Below are positions 1-11,370 of a stretch of DNA of 64,000 nucleotides, in pieces. Made by a program: the position numbers and the translations under genes. Source of the stretch: Magallana gigas (lineage: Eukaryota). Every line of letters begins with the position of its first letter. Position 1 is the stretch's first letter. The stretch is from assembly GCF_963853765.1 (NCBI RefSeq), contig NC_088859.1:16802001-16866000 (forward strand), written 5' to 3'. The notes under the pieces are model-generated. The model saw only the letters and a list, made by a program, of their open reading frames with translations. It was not told the DNA's origin and searched no databases.

Positions 1-1671
1 ACAAATATATTACTGCTTTTGAGTGAAAAGTGTGTTGGGCAGTTTTGTTTTTGTTTTTTTGTTTTGTTTTTGTTTTTGTTTTTTTTAGGGGGGGGGGGGG
101 GGGCCTTTAACACTGCATAAAATAATTGTTACACACTGTGCTTGCATGTATGTACAAGTATACATGATGCTACTTTGGTAATTTACAGCTGTGCTACAGT
201 AATAGATGATGAATTATTCAAGTCCTCCTCACATTTTTTTCTATGGTCCTATACTACATTTCAGAAAAAAAATTCTTAACTGAATTATGAAACGATAACA
301 ATGAGGAAGAGGCAAACCAGTTTAAAAACAAAAGGCAGCTGTTAAACATATTGATACTCTGCAGACTGTTGGATATTGATTGCATTGGGTTGAAAAGGAA
401 ACAAATTGTGTGGTGTAATTGAAATGTGCATGGCTCAATTTTTGTGGCTTTTCAACAATTATTACTGAGACTATATTTATCAATTTTAACAACAGACTGG
501 GATATTTGGATTTCCATGTGCATATATATTGATATATATCTGGGCATGATATCAAAGATTTCCATTTTTTCTTTAAGTGCATTTCAGTGTATGGACATGA
601 TAAAATGTATTAAATCTCATTTTAACCTAACAACAAAAGCAATAAGGCCACATTTAAAAGCTTATCATGAAATCGATATAAAATGGCCACATCTGTATAT
701 CATATATCTGTAGGTGGAAAATATCCTGAGGTCTTGTCAAATCTCAGCAAAGCTGTACCTGATATTCATCATCCCTATCTAATTTCTGTCATCCTCGCAC
801 AATAGAACATTGTGAAACCATGGCAATTTTATCTCTTTGTACAAAAAAAACCCCGACAGTTTCTATTTGGATCCTTTCCTTCTGAAAAAAGACACATTTT
901 TTTCTTGCTTCCTAAACAGAGCAAGCTGACCATAAATTCCCCAAAAACGTGTCTTTTGTCGACCATAATCCTTCTCTTCAGGCTTCCGTAATACTTGAAC
1001 AACAATGTGTGCATGATGAGATAAAGAAAACAAACGTAAGAGTTTATTGAAGCTATTAAGTGCTTACAATTAGAATTCACTTCAACTTCTTGTAACTCTG
1101 CCATTAAAAAGCGAGGAAAAGGGTCGTTTTACAAGCCCACAAGCTTGTCAATTTCACCTCAGGCCCTTGTGTTCTATAAGTGATTGGATACTTATCAAGA
1201 TAAAATGACGCTTTTTTCTTTCTTTACCTTAAATCTAAATTTTAATTTGTAATGTTTACATCTATGATAAATAAAAAAAACTTGAAGCTAGTTCATATGG
1301 ATCATGTCTGATAAAAAAAAAAAATCTGGCAAGCTGAAAATAAGTTTTCAGTAATCATGGTAATATATGCAATTACTGTATTGCAGTGAGCACTTTTAGT
1401 TACCTAAAATATATTGCTAAAAACATCTGGCAAACGAGATTACATCAAGATGGTCATGATTTTCTTTGTACATATCTTATTTATGGCACAAAGGTGAGTG
1501 TGTATTTGAATAACAGATGTTCCTGGAGTGCTGGTCAAACAAAGATAGAAATTAAAGTCCTATAAAATCAACTGCTGATCTAAGTCATTCAAAAATTACA
1601 CAGAACGTCTACGTAAGTCTGGGGCCCTCAAGGGCGTTCATGTCCAGCATTGATCATAATGATACATGTCC

Positions 1672-1941
1672 ATGGAATTTTCTCTAAAGCTGTCAGATAG
1701 ATAATTATTCCTTTGATAGATCCCCTGATCTGTGAATAGACATGTTATGGACATAGTACAACAACTTAGTAACACTTTGTAACTAAAATACATAATAAAC
1801 ACACATGTATGTACATATGGAATTGTCTCTAAATCTGTCAGATAGATAATTATTCCATGATAGATCCCTTGAACTGTGAATAGACATATAATAGACATAT
1901 AGTACAACAACTTAACAACACTTTGTTAGCTAAAATATATA
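1672..1941. repeat. Tandem duplication, ~145-bp unit x ~1.9
   Basis: Block ATGGAATT..CTCTAAA..CTGTCAGATAGATAATTATTCC..GATAGATCCC..CTGTGAATAGACAT..TAGTACAACAACTTA starts at 1672 and again at 1817. Confidence 0.85.
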
Positions 1942-4082
1942 CCGGTAGTAAATATTTATGTACTTGAAATTCTTTCGAAGCCTGACAAAGAGATGATTAT
2001 TCATTGTTAGATAATCTGTTCCAAGAATCAAAGTATCTGTTTTTATAATGCATTTCCACATGTAGAGAATTTTGATCCACAAAAAACAGCGTATGTATAC
2101 ATAATTTGTATATTAACACTTATGGACAATTTCAATCTGCAGTTACTTACTAACACTGACAGTACATATACAATTACATTTATAAATACGATCACGATTT
2201 TCTGTACGTATTTAAACAAAGCCGGGATGGGGCATGATGTCATGACAATGAAAAGGTTGTTAACAATAAAGAGACGTGAGAGAAACCTCTTTGTCAAACC
2301 GAAACTAGCCGGCCCATAATAACTTGGTAATAAAATTAATGAAGGGGACGTGGACCAGTCTGAGAACAAGGTGTCCAGGTGGAAAATGCATAGACAAATA
2401 AATGTCATTTCCTATTTAGTAGACCAAAGGGAGAAATCTACATAAGGCAGAGTGCGGCCATAACAGGTATAACACAAGCAGGGGGGTGAGTCGAAGGATG
2501 ATACACATATACATATTGAACTGGATTAGAAAACTGTTCACACGGCCGGTATCTTATCAAATTTTATATGTCCCATTGTTGAACTGTAAAATAGATAAAC
2601 AGATAGGGGGAATACTCAAAGTGCTTGACTGCTGTTGCATGAGTTTTTTCAAACTCTGTGTATTAAATCAAGTCTTAAATAGAATTAATCAAATTAATTC
2701 TGTCTCTTTTTCAATACTGATGGTTTTTCATCTTTTTTTTTATAAATATCTGAACAGTTTTTCTTCTCATACATGAATGTCTTTTACAAAACGTGACAAA
2801 AAGATTTTGCAATACATGTACCTCAGAGTAAAATCTGTCAACAAACAACCGGTTTATTTCTGACTCAGAATTCAAACTTAATGTGTCATGTGTGCCTTTC
2901 TAAAAACATTTCACATCTTGCATAAAATCAGAATCAACCGGGTTAAAGGTACACATAAATGCATGAGTTTTATCATTATGAGTATCACTGGTGAATTAAG
3001 ACGTATTATGACAGCAGGACTACACCTATTCATAATGTATCATTTTCACATGTAAGCATGAAACAGGGACTATTTAAAGTGGAATGTCAACCTCTTGGCC
3101 ACTAAAAACTCCAACAATGCTAACCTTTTATTTAAAATCAGTGGAGTAGAAATGAATTTCCTCAGTTTACAAAATGATTACTGTGTTTCATTTTACAAGA
3201 ACACTTCCTGGTTCCTATGAATCTAAAGCTGCTTAAAAGATGTACTATCAATGGTATATAAATCATTCAATGCGAAAAAGGGGGACACCAACAAATTAAT
3301 AAAAAAAAAAAATTCTTACCATCTTTTATTCATTTATTATTTTCCTCTATATTAAACCGGCTTTAGAAAAAGAAACAATATATTCAGCTTTAAATGTAAT
3401 CAAAACTTCAAGCAAATTTGTTTTCTTTAAAATATGATAATATTGAGTAAATGTCCTGAGGTTTTGCTACACGTATACGTGATGTTTGTTAGCATCCTAC
3501 ATACACTTAATAAGGAGAGTACATCAAGTGATGACGTAAAGTTAAAATATGCGTTCCTTAAGTCAAACAAAATTTGTTTACTTGTGTACTTGTACTTTAA
3601 CAAGAGATTAAAAATCCCATCCCTGTTAAAAATGTTGATCATTATGTAATACTGTCAATAATCAGTTCCACTGATCAATTATCAGATTATGACAAATGAC
3701 TGAATTATCTATACTAAAAATCTATAACTGTACAGCATGAATTGATATACAAATATGATAGAGACTTTCTAAGTATATTGTACTAAGTATAGTATACAGG
3801 GATCTATAATAATGAGTTGTCAAAAGAATTAATAAGTAATAATGAAGTATACTGGTATTGTTTGTCTTTCATAATTGGAGTTATAACATGTAAAATATTG
3901 CCAATCCACCCTCTCTTTTTCTCTAAAATAACCAAATGAACATATCAATCACACTTGCACCAAGGAGTTTAGATTACTTCAGAGATTATTTCAGAGGTAA
4001 ATACATGCATGTGCAAATCCACCTTTTGTGTGACGTTAAATCTTTTCCTTTCATTTTTTTTCCTTTAAATTTAAAAACTTAC

Positions 4083-4323
4083 TTATTTTAGCACTGTCGT
4101 CAGCAATAAAATCATATTCTTGAACACTGTCTAAAAATCCATGCACCAGATCATATAAAGGTTTCGCTCCCTTTTTAAGGGCCGATTCCTCTCCCAAACG
4201 TGTGCCAGTTGGACTCGTTTGCGTATTTGAAGTTGTATTTTGTCCATTCACAAACACTAAACATGAAAATGAAATGATAGCGAGAACTATTTGTCTTCTC
4301 ATCGTCGCTGAACTTAAATTCAT
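4083..4323 (-). CDS. PROM1: Prominin-like protein, first coding exon (gene continues toward and beyond the left window edge)
   Basis: The ORF begins with a signal-peptide-like stretch (MRRQIVLAIISFSCLVFVNG) and contains GAKPLYDLVHGFLDSVQEYDF, which resembles the prominin N-terminal block (human PROM1 GILFELVHIFLYVVQPRDF, from memory). A consensus GTAAGT donor lies at 4082-4077. Downstream transmembrane exons were not found in 1-4082. Confidence 0.65.
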
Positions 4324-4451
4324 TAACTCACTGTTGATGATTCATTGTCAAATATTTTAGTTTAACAATCCCGTTTTGAAATAACCCTATCTCCTCCTCA
4401 GTCCTTGTTGTTCAGGTAAATGGCTTGTGAACTTTGACTCAACGCAATTCT

Positions 4452-4528
4452 TTAGCCTGGTTCCCGAGGCCTTCCGATTGTGCAACTTCTGTGCTTGCAC
4501 AATCGGAAGGCCTCGGGAACCAGGCTAA
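4452..4528. mobile_element. 77-bp perfect hairpin MITE-like element with 8-bp TSD GCAATTCT
   Basis: 34-bp perfect inverted arms (4452-4485 / 4495-4528) with a 9-nt loop. GCAATTCT at 4444-4451 reappears on the right once the large element and one GCAATTC copy are removed (4529-4535, resuming at 11659). Confidence 0.8.
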
Positions 4529-4816
4529 GCAATTCGAGGTATAGAATAGGGTACTTTTTATATCCTATAACCAGGCACTATAACCAGGATGTGCGCATGC
4601 GTGAACCAACTTTCCATCGGGATCGGTAAACGATTGGGAGGAAATTCGAAAGCTATTTGGAGGAACTTCGAACTGATATATGTGCAATTTAAAAATGCGA
4701 TTTTTATATGAAAAATATGATCAGAAGTGATACAAATGTTATTTACATTAGATTTTACACAAAAAATTAAATAAATAATTGAGAGAACAATCAAAATCAA
4801 TGTTACAGGAAAACAA

Positions 4817-5173
4817 CAGGCACTTAGCATCGGAGGGGGGGGGGGGGTTGGAATGGGGGCAGGGACAGGGGGACGGGACTGCCCCCCTCCAGCACACGTT
4901 TTCTCGCAGCAAATATTTTTCTTGAATTTACTTATAAAAAAGTAAATTAACATACAGTTGCACCCCCCCCCAATGTTTTTGGGACCATGTAAAATTTGAA
5001 ATGAAAGAGAGGAAATAAACTGTGAAATTGAAGTTAAAGGTACACTTAGCCCCCTACCCCCACGGATTAGGATTTTCAATTATTTAAAAAGTATTTTTGA
5101 GTTGGGTTTTTTTTTCAAGGCAAGATTGGATGAGTCTGCCCTCAACCCACTTTGCTACGATGCTAGGTGCCTG
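4817..5173. mobile_element. hAT-like MITE (CAGG...CCTG termini) embedded in the left arm of the foldback element
   Basis: CAGGCACTTAGCATCG (4817) pairs with CGATGCTAGGTGCCTG (ends 5173), 15/16 match. No clean TSD. Confidence 0.6.
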
Positions 5174-5429
5174 AACAAAATATCATGGTTTCATTACATA
5201 CATGTATGCTAGTATAAAGACTTTATGTAAACCAATATTATCTCGTGCATTGTTCCATTCACCAGGTTCTACAAACACCTTAGTCCAAAATAAATAAAAA
5301 ATCCAAGACTAGGAGGGGAAGAAAGAAGAAATCTATTTTCCTTTTTTTTTTTTACTCAGGAGCTATTTTGTTGGGGGGGGGGGGGGGGGTATTAGGGATG
5401 AACAGGTCACTGACCCCTTGTAGATCTAC

Positions 5430-8393
5430 CCATGACCTATCACCAGGGTCTGTATACACATAACCAGGGTCAGTATACCCATCACCATGGTCTCCAGGGT
5501 CAGAGTATGTATCACCAGAGTCTGTGTGCCCATCACCAGAGTCTGTACACCCATAACCAGGGCCAGTATACCCATCACCAGGGTCTCCAACCCTATCACC
5601 AGGGTCAGAGTACGTGTCACCAGAGTTTGTGTGCCCATCACCAGGGTCTGGATACCCATAACCAGGGTCAGTATACCCATCACCAGGGTCTTCATACCTA
5701 TCACCAGGGTCAGAGTACGTATCACCAGAGTATGTGTGCCCATCACAATTGTCAGTGTACACATAACCAGGGCCAGTATACCCATCACCAGGGTCTCCAT
5801 ACCTATCACCAGGGTCAGAGTACGTATCACCAGAGTCTGTGTGCCCTTCACCAGAGTCTATACACCCATAACCGGGGCCAGTATACCCATCACCAGGGTC
5901 TCCATACCTATCACCAGGGTCATTATATCCATCACTAGAGTTTGTGTGCCCAACAACGGGGTCTGTACACCCATCACCAGGGTCAGTATACCAATCACCC
6001 GGGTCTGTACACCCATAACCAGGGTCAGTATACCCATCACCAGGGTCTTCATATCTATCACCAGGATCAGAGTACGTATCACCAGAGTCTGTTCACCCAT
6101 AACCAGGGTCAGTATACCCATCACCAGGGTATGTACACCCATAACCAGGGTCATTATGCCCATCACCAGGGTATGTACACCCATAACCAGGGTCAGTATA
6201 CCCATCACCAGGGTCTTAATACCTATCACCAGGGTCAGAGTACGTATCACCAGAGTCTGTGTGCTCATGACCAGGGTCTGTACATCCTTAGCCAAAGTCA
6301 GTATACCCATCACCAGGGTCTCAATACCTATCACCAGGGTCATAATGCCTATCACCAGAGTCAGAGTACGTATCACCAGAACTTTAAACATATCACCTGG
6401 GTCATTATACCTTTTAGTAGGGTCAGTGTTCGTAGTACTAGGGTCTGTGTGCCAATCATCATGGTCTGTATATTCATAACAAAGGTCAGTTTACCCTTCA
6501 CAAGGGTCTCCATACCTATCACCAGGGTCAGCGTGCGTATCACCAGAGTCTGTGTGCCCATCACCAGGGTCTGTACACCCATAACCACGGTTAGTATACC
6601 CATCACGAGGGTCTCCATACCTATCACCAGGGTCAGAGTGCGTATCACCAGAGTCTGTGTGCCCATCACCAGGGTCTGTACACCCATAACCAGGGTTAGT
6701 ATACCCATCACGAAGGTTTCCATACCTATCACCAGGGTCAGAGTGCGTATCACCAGAGTCTGTGTGCCCATCACCAGGGTCTGTCCGCCAATAACCAGGG
6801 TCAGTATATCCATCACCAGGGTCTCCATACCTATCACCAGGGTCAGAGTACGTGTCACCAGAGTCTGTGTGCCTATCACCAGGGTCTGTACACCCATAAC
6901 CAGGGCCAGTATACCCAACACCAGGGTCTCCATACCTATCACCAGGGTCATTATATCCATCACTAGAGTTTGTGTGCCCAACAACGGGGTCTGTACACCC
7001 ATCACCAGGGTCAGTATACCAATCACCCGGGTCTGTACACCCATAACCAGGGTCAGTATACCCATCACCAGGGTCTTCATATCTATCACCAGGATCAGAG
7101 TACGTATCACCAGAGTCTGTTCACCCATAACCAGGGTCAGTATACCCATCACCAGGGTATGTACACCCATAACCAGGGTCATTATGCCCATCACCAGGGT
7201 ATGTACACCCATAACCAGGGTCAGTATACCCATCACCAGGGTCTTAATACCTATCACCAGGGTCAGAGTACGTATCACCAGAGTCTGTGTGCTCATGACC
7301 AGGGTCTGTACATCCTTAGCCAAAGTCAGTATACCCATCACCAGGGTCTCAATACCTATCACCAGGGTCATAATGCCTATCACCAGAGTCAGAGTACGTA
7401 TCACCAGAACTTTAAACATATCACCTGGGTCATTATACCTTTTAGTAGGGTCAGTGTTCGTAGTACTAGGGTCTGTGTGCCAATCATCATGGTCTGTATA
7501 TTCATAACAAAGGTCAGTTTACCCTTCACAAGGGTCTCCATACCTATCACCAGGGTCAGCGTGCGTATCACCAGAGTCTGTGTGCCCATCACCAGGGTCT
7601 GTACACCCATAACCACGGTTAGTATACCCATCACGAGGGTCTCCATACCTATCACCAGGGTCAGAGTGCGTATCACCAGAGTCTGTGTGCCCATCACCAG
7701 GGTCTGTCCGCCAATAACCAGGGTCAGTATACCCATCACCAGGGTCTCCATACCTATCACCAGGGTCAGAGTACGTGTCACCAGAGTCTGTGTGCCTATC
7801 ACCAGGGTCTGTACACCCATAACCAGGGCCAGTATACCCATCACCAGGGTCTCCATACCTATCACCAGGGTCATTATATCCATCACTAGAGTTTGTGTGC
7901 CCAACAACGGGGTCTGTACACCCATCAACAGGGTCAGGATACCCATCACCAGGGTCTTCATATCTATATCAAGGACCAGAGTACGTATCACCAGAGTCTG
8001 TACACCCATAACCAGGGTCAGTATACCCATCACCAGGGTATGTACACCCATAACCAGGGTCAGTATACCCATCACCAGGGTCTCAATACCTATCACCAGG
8101 GTCATAATGCCTATCACCAGAGTCAGAGTACGTATCACCAGAACTGTAAACATATCACCTGGGTCATTATACCTTTTAGTAGGGTCAGTGTTCGTAGTAC
8201 TAGGGTCTGTGTGCCAATCATCATGGTCTGTATATTCATAACAAAGGTCAGTTTACCCTTCACCAGGGTCTCCATACCTATCACCAGGGTCAGCGTGCGC
8301 ATCAATAGGGTCTGTGTGCCCATCACCAGGGTCAGTATACCTAACACAACAGTCAGTGCACTTATCATTAGGGTTTGTATATCCATTACCTGA
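5430..8393. repeat. Left tandem array: 21-bp monomers in a 105-bp pentamer, with ~1-kb super-repeats
   Basis: Recurring ATACCCATCACCAGGGTC / ATCACCAGAGTCTGTGTGCCC units. Unique marker blocks recur near 5921/6949/7871 and 6380/7408/8141, the first interval of each being 1028 bp. Confidence 0.95.
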
Positions 8394-8394
8394 G

Positions 8395-10835
8395 TCAGGT
8401 AATACTGACCCTGTTGATAAGTAGAGTGACCCTGGTGATAGGTATACTGATCCTGGTGAAGAGCACACATACCTTGGTGATACGTACACTCATGACCCTT
8501 GTGATAGGTATACTGTCTCAGGTGATGGTTATACTTACCCTGGTTATAGATTTTGAGATTCTGGTGTTACGTTTGCTGACCCTTAGAATATCTACACTTT
8601 TGTGTATACCGACTCTGGTGATGGATACATACTGACCCCTGTGATTGGCTACAGACCCTTACACTGACTCTGTCGATAGGTATACTGACCCTGGTGATAG
8701 AGAATGTGATAGATATACTGGTGATAAATGTACTGACTCTTGTGATAGGTATACTGACCTTGGAGATGGGCCCTCAGACCCACGGATGCGTACACTGACA
8801 CGGCCGTTAGGTAAACTAACTCTGGTGATAGGTAATAGGTACAGTTATCCTGGTGAAAGTCTACTGATCAAGGTAATGGATGTACAAACCCTGAAGATAA
8901 GTGCAATGACTGTTGTGATAGATATACTGACCCTAATGATGGGCACACAGACCCTATTGATTCGTAAACTATTCCTGGTGATAAGTTTTTAGACCCTGGT
9001 GATGGGCATACTGGCCCTGGTTATGGGTGTACAGACTCTGGTGATGGGCACACAGACTCTGGTGATACGTACTCTGACCCTGGTGATTGGTATGATGACC
9101 CTGGTGATGGGTATACTGACACTGGTTATGGGTGTACAGACCCTGGTGAGGGGCACACAGACTCTGGTGATACGTACTCTGACCCTGGTGATAGGTATGG
9201 AGACCCTGGTGATGGGTATACTGGTCCTGGTTATGGGTGTACAGACTCTGGTGACTGACACACAGACTCTGGTGATACGTACTCTGACCCTGGAGACCCT
9301 GGTGATGTGTAACTGACCCTGGTAATGTGTATACAGACCCTGGTGATAGGTCATGGATAGATCTATTAGGGGTCAGTGACATGTTAACCCCTTATACCCC
9401 CCCCCCCCCCAAAAAAAAAAAACAAAATGGCTCCTGAATAAAAGAAAAAAAATATAGATTTCACCCTCTCCCCCTCCTTGTCTTGGATTTTTTATTGTTG
9501 GTTATGTGTATACTGACACTTGTGACACTTGCACACAGACTCTGGTGATACGTACACTGACCCTGGTGATAGCTATGGAGACCCTGATGGTGGGTATTCT
9601 AACCCTGGTCATGAGTTTACAGACTCTGGTGACTGACACACAGACTCTGGTGATACGTACTCTGACCCTGGAGACCCTGGTGATAGGTATACTGACCCTG
9701 GTCATGGGTGTACAGACCCTGGTGATAGGCACACATACTCTGGTGATACGTACTCTGACCCTGGTGATAGGTATGGAGACCCTGATGGTGGGTATTCTAA
9801 CCCTGGTCATGAGTGTACAGACTCTGGTGACTGACACACAGACTCTGGTGATACGTACTCTGACCCTGGAGACCCTGGTGATGGGTATACTGACCCTGGT
9901 CATGGGTGTACAGACCCTGGTGATAGGCACACATACTCTGGTGATACGTACTCTGACCCTGGTGATAGGTATGGAGACCCTGGTGATGGGTATACTGACC
10001 CTGGTTTTGTGTGTACAGACTCTGGTGATGGGCACACAGACTCTGGTGACACGTACTCTGACCCTGGTGATAGGTATGGAGACCCTGGTGATGGGTATAC
10101 TGGCCCTGGTTATGGGTATCCAGACCCTGGTGATGGGCACACAAACTCTGGTGATACGTACTCTGACCCTGGTGATAGGTATGGAGACCCTGGTGATGGT
10201 GATGGGCACACAGACTCTGGTGATACGTACTCTGACCCTGGTGATAGGTATGGAGACCCTGGTGATGGGTATACTGGCCCTGGTTATGGGTGTACAGACG
10301 CTGGTGATGGGCACACAGACTCTGGTGATACGTACTCTGACCCTGGTGATAGGTATGGAGACCCTGGTGATGGGTATACTGGCCCTGTTATGGGTATACA
10401 GACCCTGGTGATGGGCACACAGACTCTGGTGATACGTACTCTGACCCTGGTGATAGGTATGGAGACCCTGGTGATGGGTATACTGGTCCTGGTTATGGGT
10501 GTACAGACTCTGGTGAAGGGCACACAGACTCTGGTGATACGTACTCTGACCCTGGTGATAGGTATGGAGACCCTGGTGATGGGTATACTGGCCCTGGTTA
10601 TGTGTATACTGACACTTGTGATGGGCACACAGACTCACGTGATACGTACTCTGACCCTGGTGATAGGTATGAAGACCCTGGTGATGGATATACTGGCCTC
10701 GGTTATGGGTGTACAGACTCTGGTGATGGGCACACAGACTCTGGTGATACGTACTCTGACCCTGGTGATAGGTATGGAGACCCTGGTGATGGGTATACTG
10801 ACCCTGGTTATGGGTATACAGACCCTGGTGATAGG
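8395..10835. repeat. Right tandem array, inverted relative to the left, interrupted at 9351-9496 by a diverged copy of the array-boundary sequence
   Basis: GACCCTGGTGATGGGTATACT-type 21-mers in the opposite orientation. The array is most degenerate at 8395-8990 and most homogeneous at 10000-10835. Confidence 0.95.
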
Positions 10836-11089
10836 TCATGGGTAGATCTACAAGGGGTCAGTGACCTGTTCATCCCTAATACCCCCCCCCCAACAAAATA
10901 GCTCCTGAGTAAAAAAAAACCGGAAAATAGATTTCTTCTTTCTTCCCCTCCTAGTCTTGGATTTTTTATTTATTTTGGACTAAGGTGTTTGTTGAACCTG
11001 GTGAATGGAACAATGCACGAGATAATATTGGTTTACATAAAGTCTTTATACTAGCATACATGTATGTAATGAAACCATGATATTTTGTT

Positions 11090-11370
11090 CAGGCACCTAG
11101 CATCGTAGCAAACTATCCGTGGGGGTAGGGGGCTAAGTGTACCTTTAACTTCAATTTCACAGTTTATTTCCTCTCTTTCATTTCAAATTTTACATGGTCC
11201 CAAAAACATTGGGGGGGGGGGGGTGCAACTGTATGTTAATTTACTTTTTTATAAGTAAATTCAAGAAAAATATTTGCTGCGAGAAAACGTGTGCTGGAGG
11301 GGGGCAGTCCCGTCCCCCTGTCCCTGCCCCCATTCCAACCCCCCCCCCCCCCTCCGATGCTAAGTGCCTG
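11090..11370. mobile_element. Mirror copy of the hAT-like MITE in the right arm, with an internal ~80-bp deletion
   Basis: Reverse complement of 4817-5173, but lacking the segment TAGGATTTTCAATT...CCCTCAACCCAC present at ~5068-5150. Confidence 0.6.

Noticed and set aside
829-1104. 91-aa ORF as a prominin exon or transposase remnant
   Set aside because: No prominin transmembrane or Cys-rich motif and no recognisable transposase motif in any frame. Only the first 37 nt were kept, as a weak exon candidate.
4558-5079. 173-aa ORF, and mirror ORFs at 11194-11629
   Set aside because: They lie in the TIR arms, depend on homopolymer runs and show no recognisable domain.
5430-10835. CRISPR array
   Set aside because: Repeats are contiguous with no unique spacers, there are no cas genes, and the context is eukaryotic.
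5352-10901. Long ORFs (up to 521 aa) on both strands as real genes
   Set aside because: They arise from a 21-bp stop-poor tandem array, overlap in several frames, change frame at unique markers, and lack splice or start context.
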